This document shows, piece after piece, positions 63,715-64,000 of a stretch of 64,000 nucleotides of DNA. The stretch's first letter is position 1, and each line of letters opens with the position of its first letter. Source of the DNA: Guillardia theta CCMP2712 (Eukaryota > Protista > Cryptophyta). The translations under genes were made by a program, and so were the position numbers. The notes below the pieces were generated by a model. It saw nothing but the letters and a program-made list of their open reading frames with translations. It did no database searches and was not told the origin of the DNA. The DNA lies in contig NW_005434655.1 in assembly GCF_000315625.1 (NCBI RefSeq), positions 816,541 through 880,540 on the forward strand. Reading direction: 5' to 3'.

Positions 63715-64000
63715 CTGGCAAGAACACAACATGTTAGTGCCTTTCATTCCTACTTGTCTTTCACATTTCTTCTTTCCATGGTCCTGCCTTCCTGAACTAT
63801 GCTTTCTGATTCCTTGTCTCTTGTTCAACTGTAGCCTCCCTCCTGCCCACCTTCCCTACGTCCCTCCCTCCGTCCGTCCGTCCATCTGTCCGTCTTCCCC
63901 CTCCTTCCCTTCTTTTCCCCCTCCCTCCCTCCCTCCCTCTCCCTTCCTCCCTCCCTCCCTCCTTCCCTCCCTCTCATCCCTCTCATCCCTCCCTCCCTCC

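Overview
Gene-dense eukaryotic nuclear DNA with many short GT-AG introns, microsatellite-filled introns and six assembly gaps. Base composition, intron style and an ASAF-type bipartite plastid leader suggest a cryptophyte alga (Guillardia/Hanusia-like); this is inference. Gene models were built by hand from splice sites and homology, so boundaries are approximate. Recognisable genes: an ABCD-type half transporter, a large beta-helix protein, a tandem two-domain SK/KCNN-like K+ channel, an RCC1-repeat protein, homogentisate phytyltransferase, a GYF_2 protein, a PRAI-like TIM barrel, a TTLL3-like tubulin glycylase, a SAM-ARM-cNMP-ankyrin protein and an NT-C2 coiled-coil protein. There is also a Ty3/Gypsy chromovirus integrase relic and several hypothetical genes. 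Most notable observations: (1) the tandem SK channel's second pore replaces TVGYGD with VLPGAGGG; (2) three unrelated proteins share a leader of signal peptide followed by a ubiquitin-tail-like L/I-R/H-GG motif, a candidate periplastid targeting or processing signal; (3) strand-polarised GGGGT/ACCCC blocks recur in divergent intergenic regions, and CCGG-rich islands recur upstream of gene starts; (4) a 58-bp inverted repeat overlaps the 3' end of an EF-hand gene.
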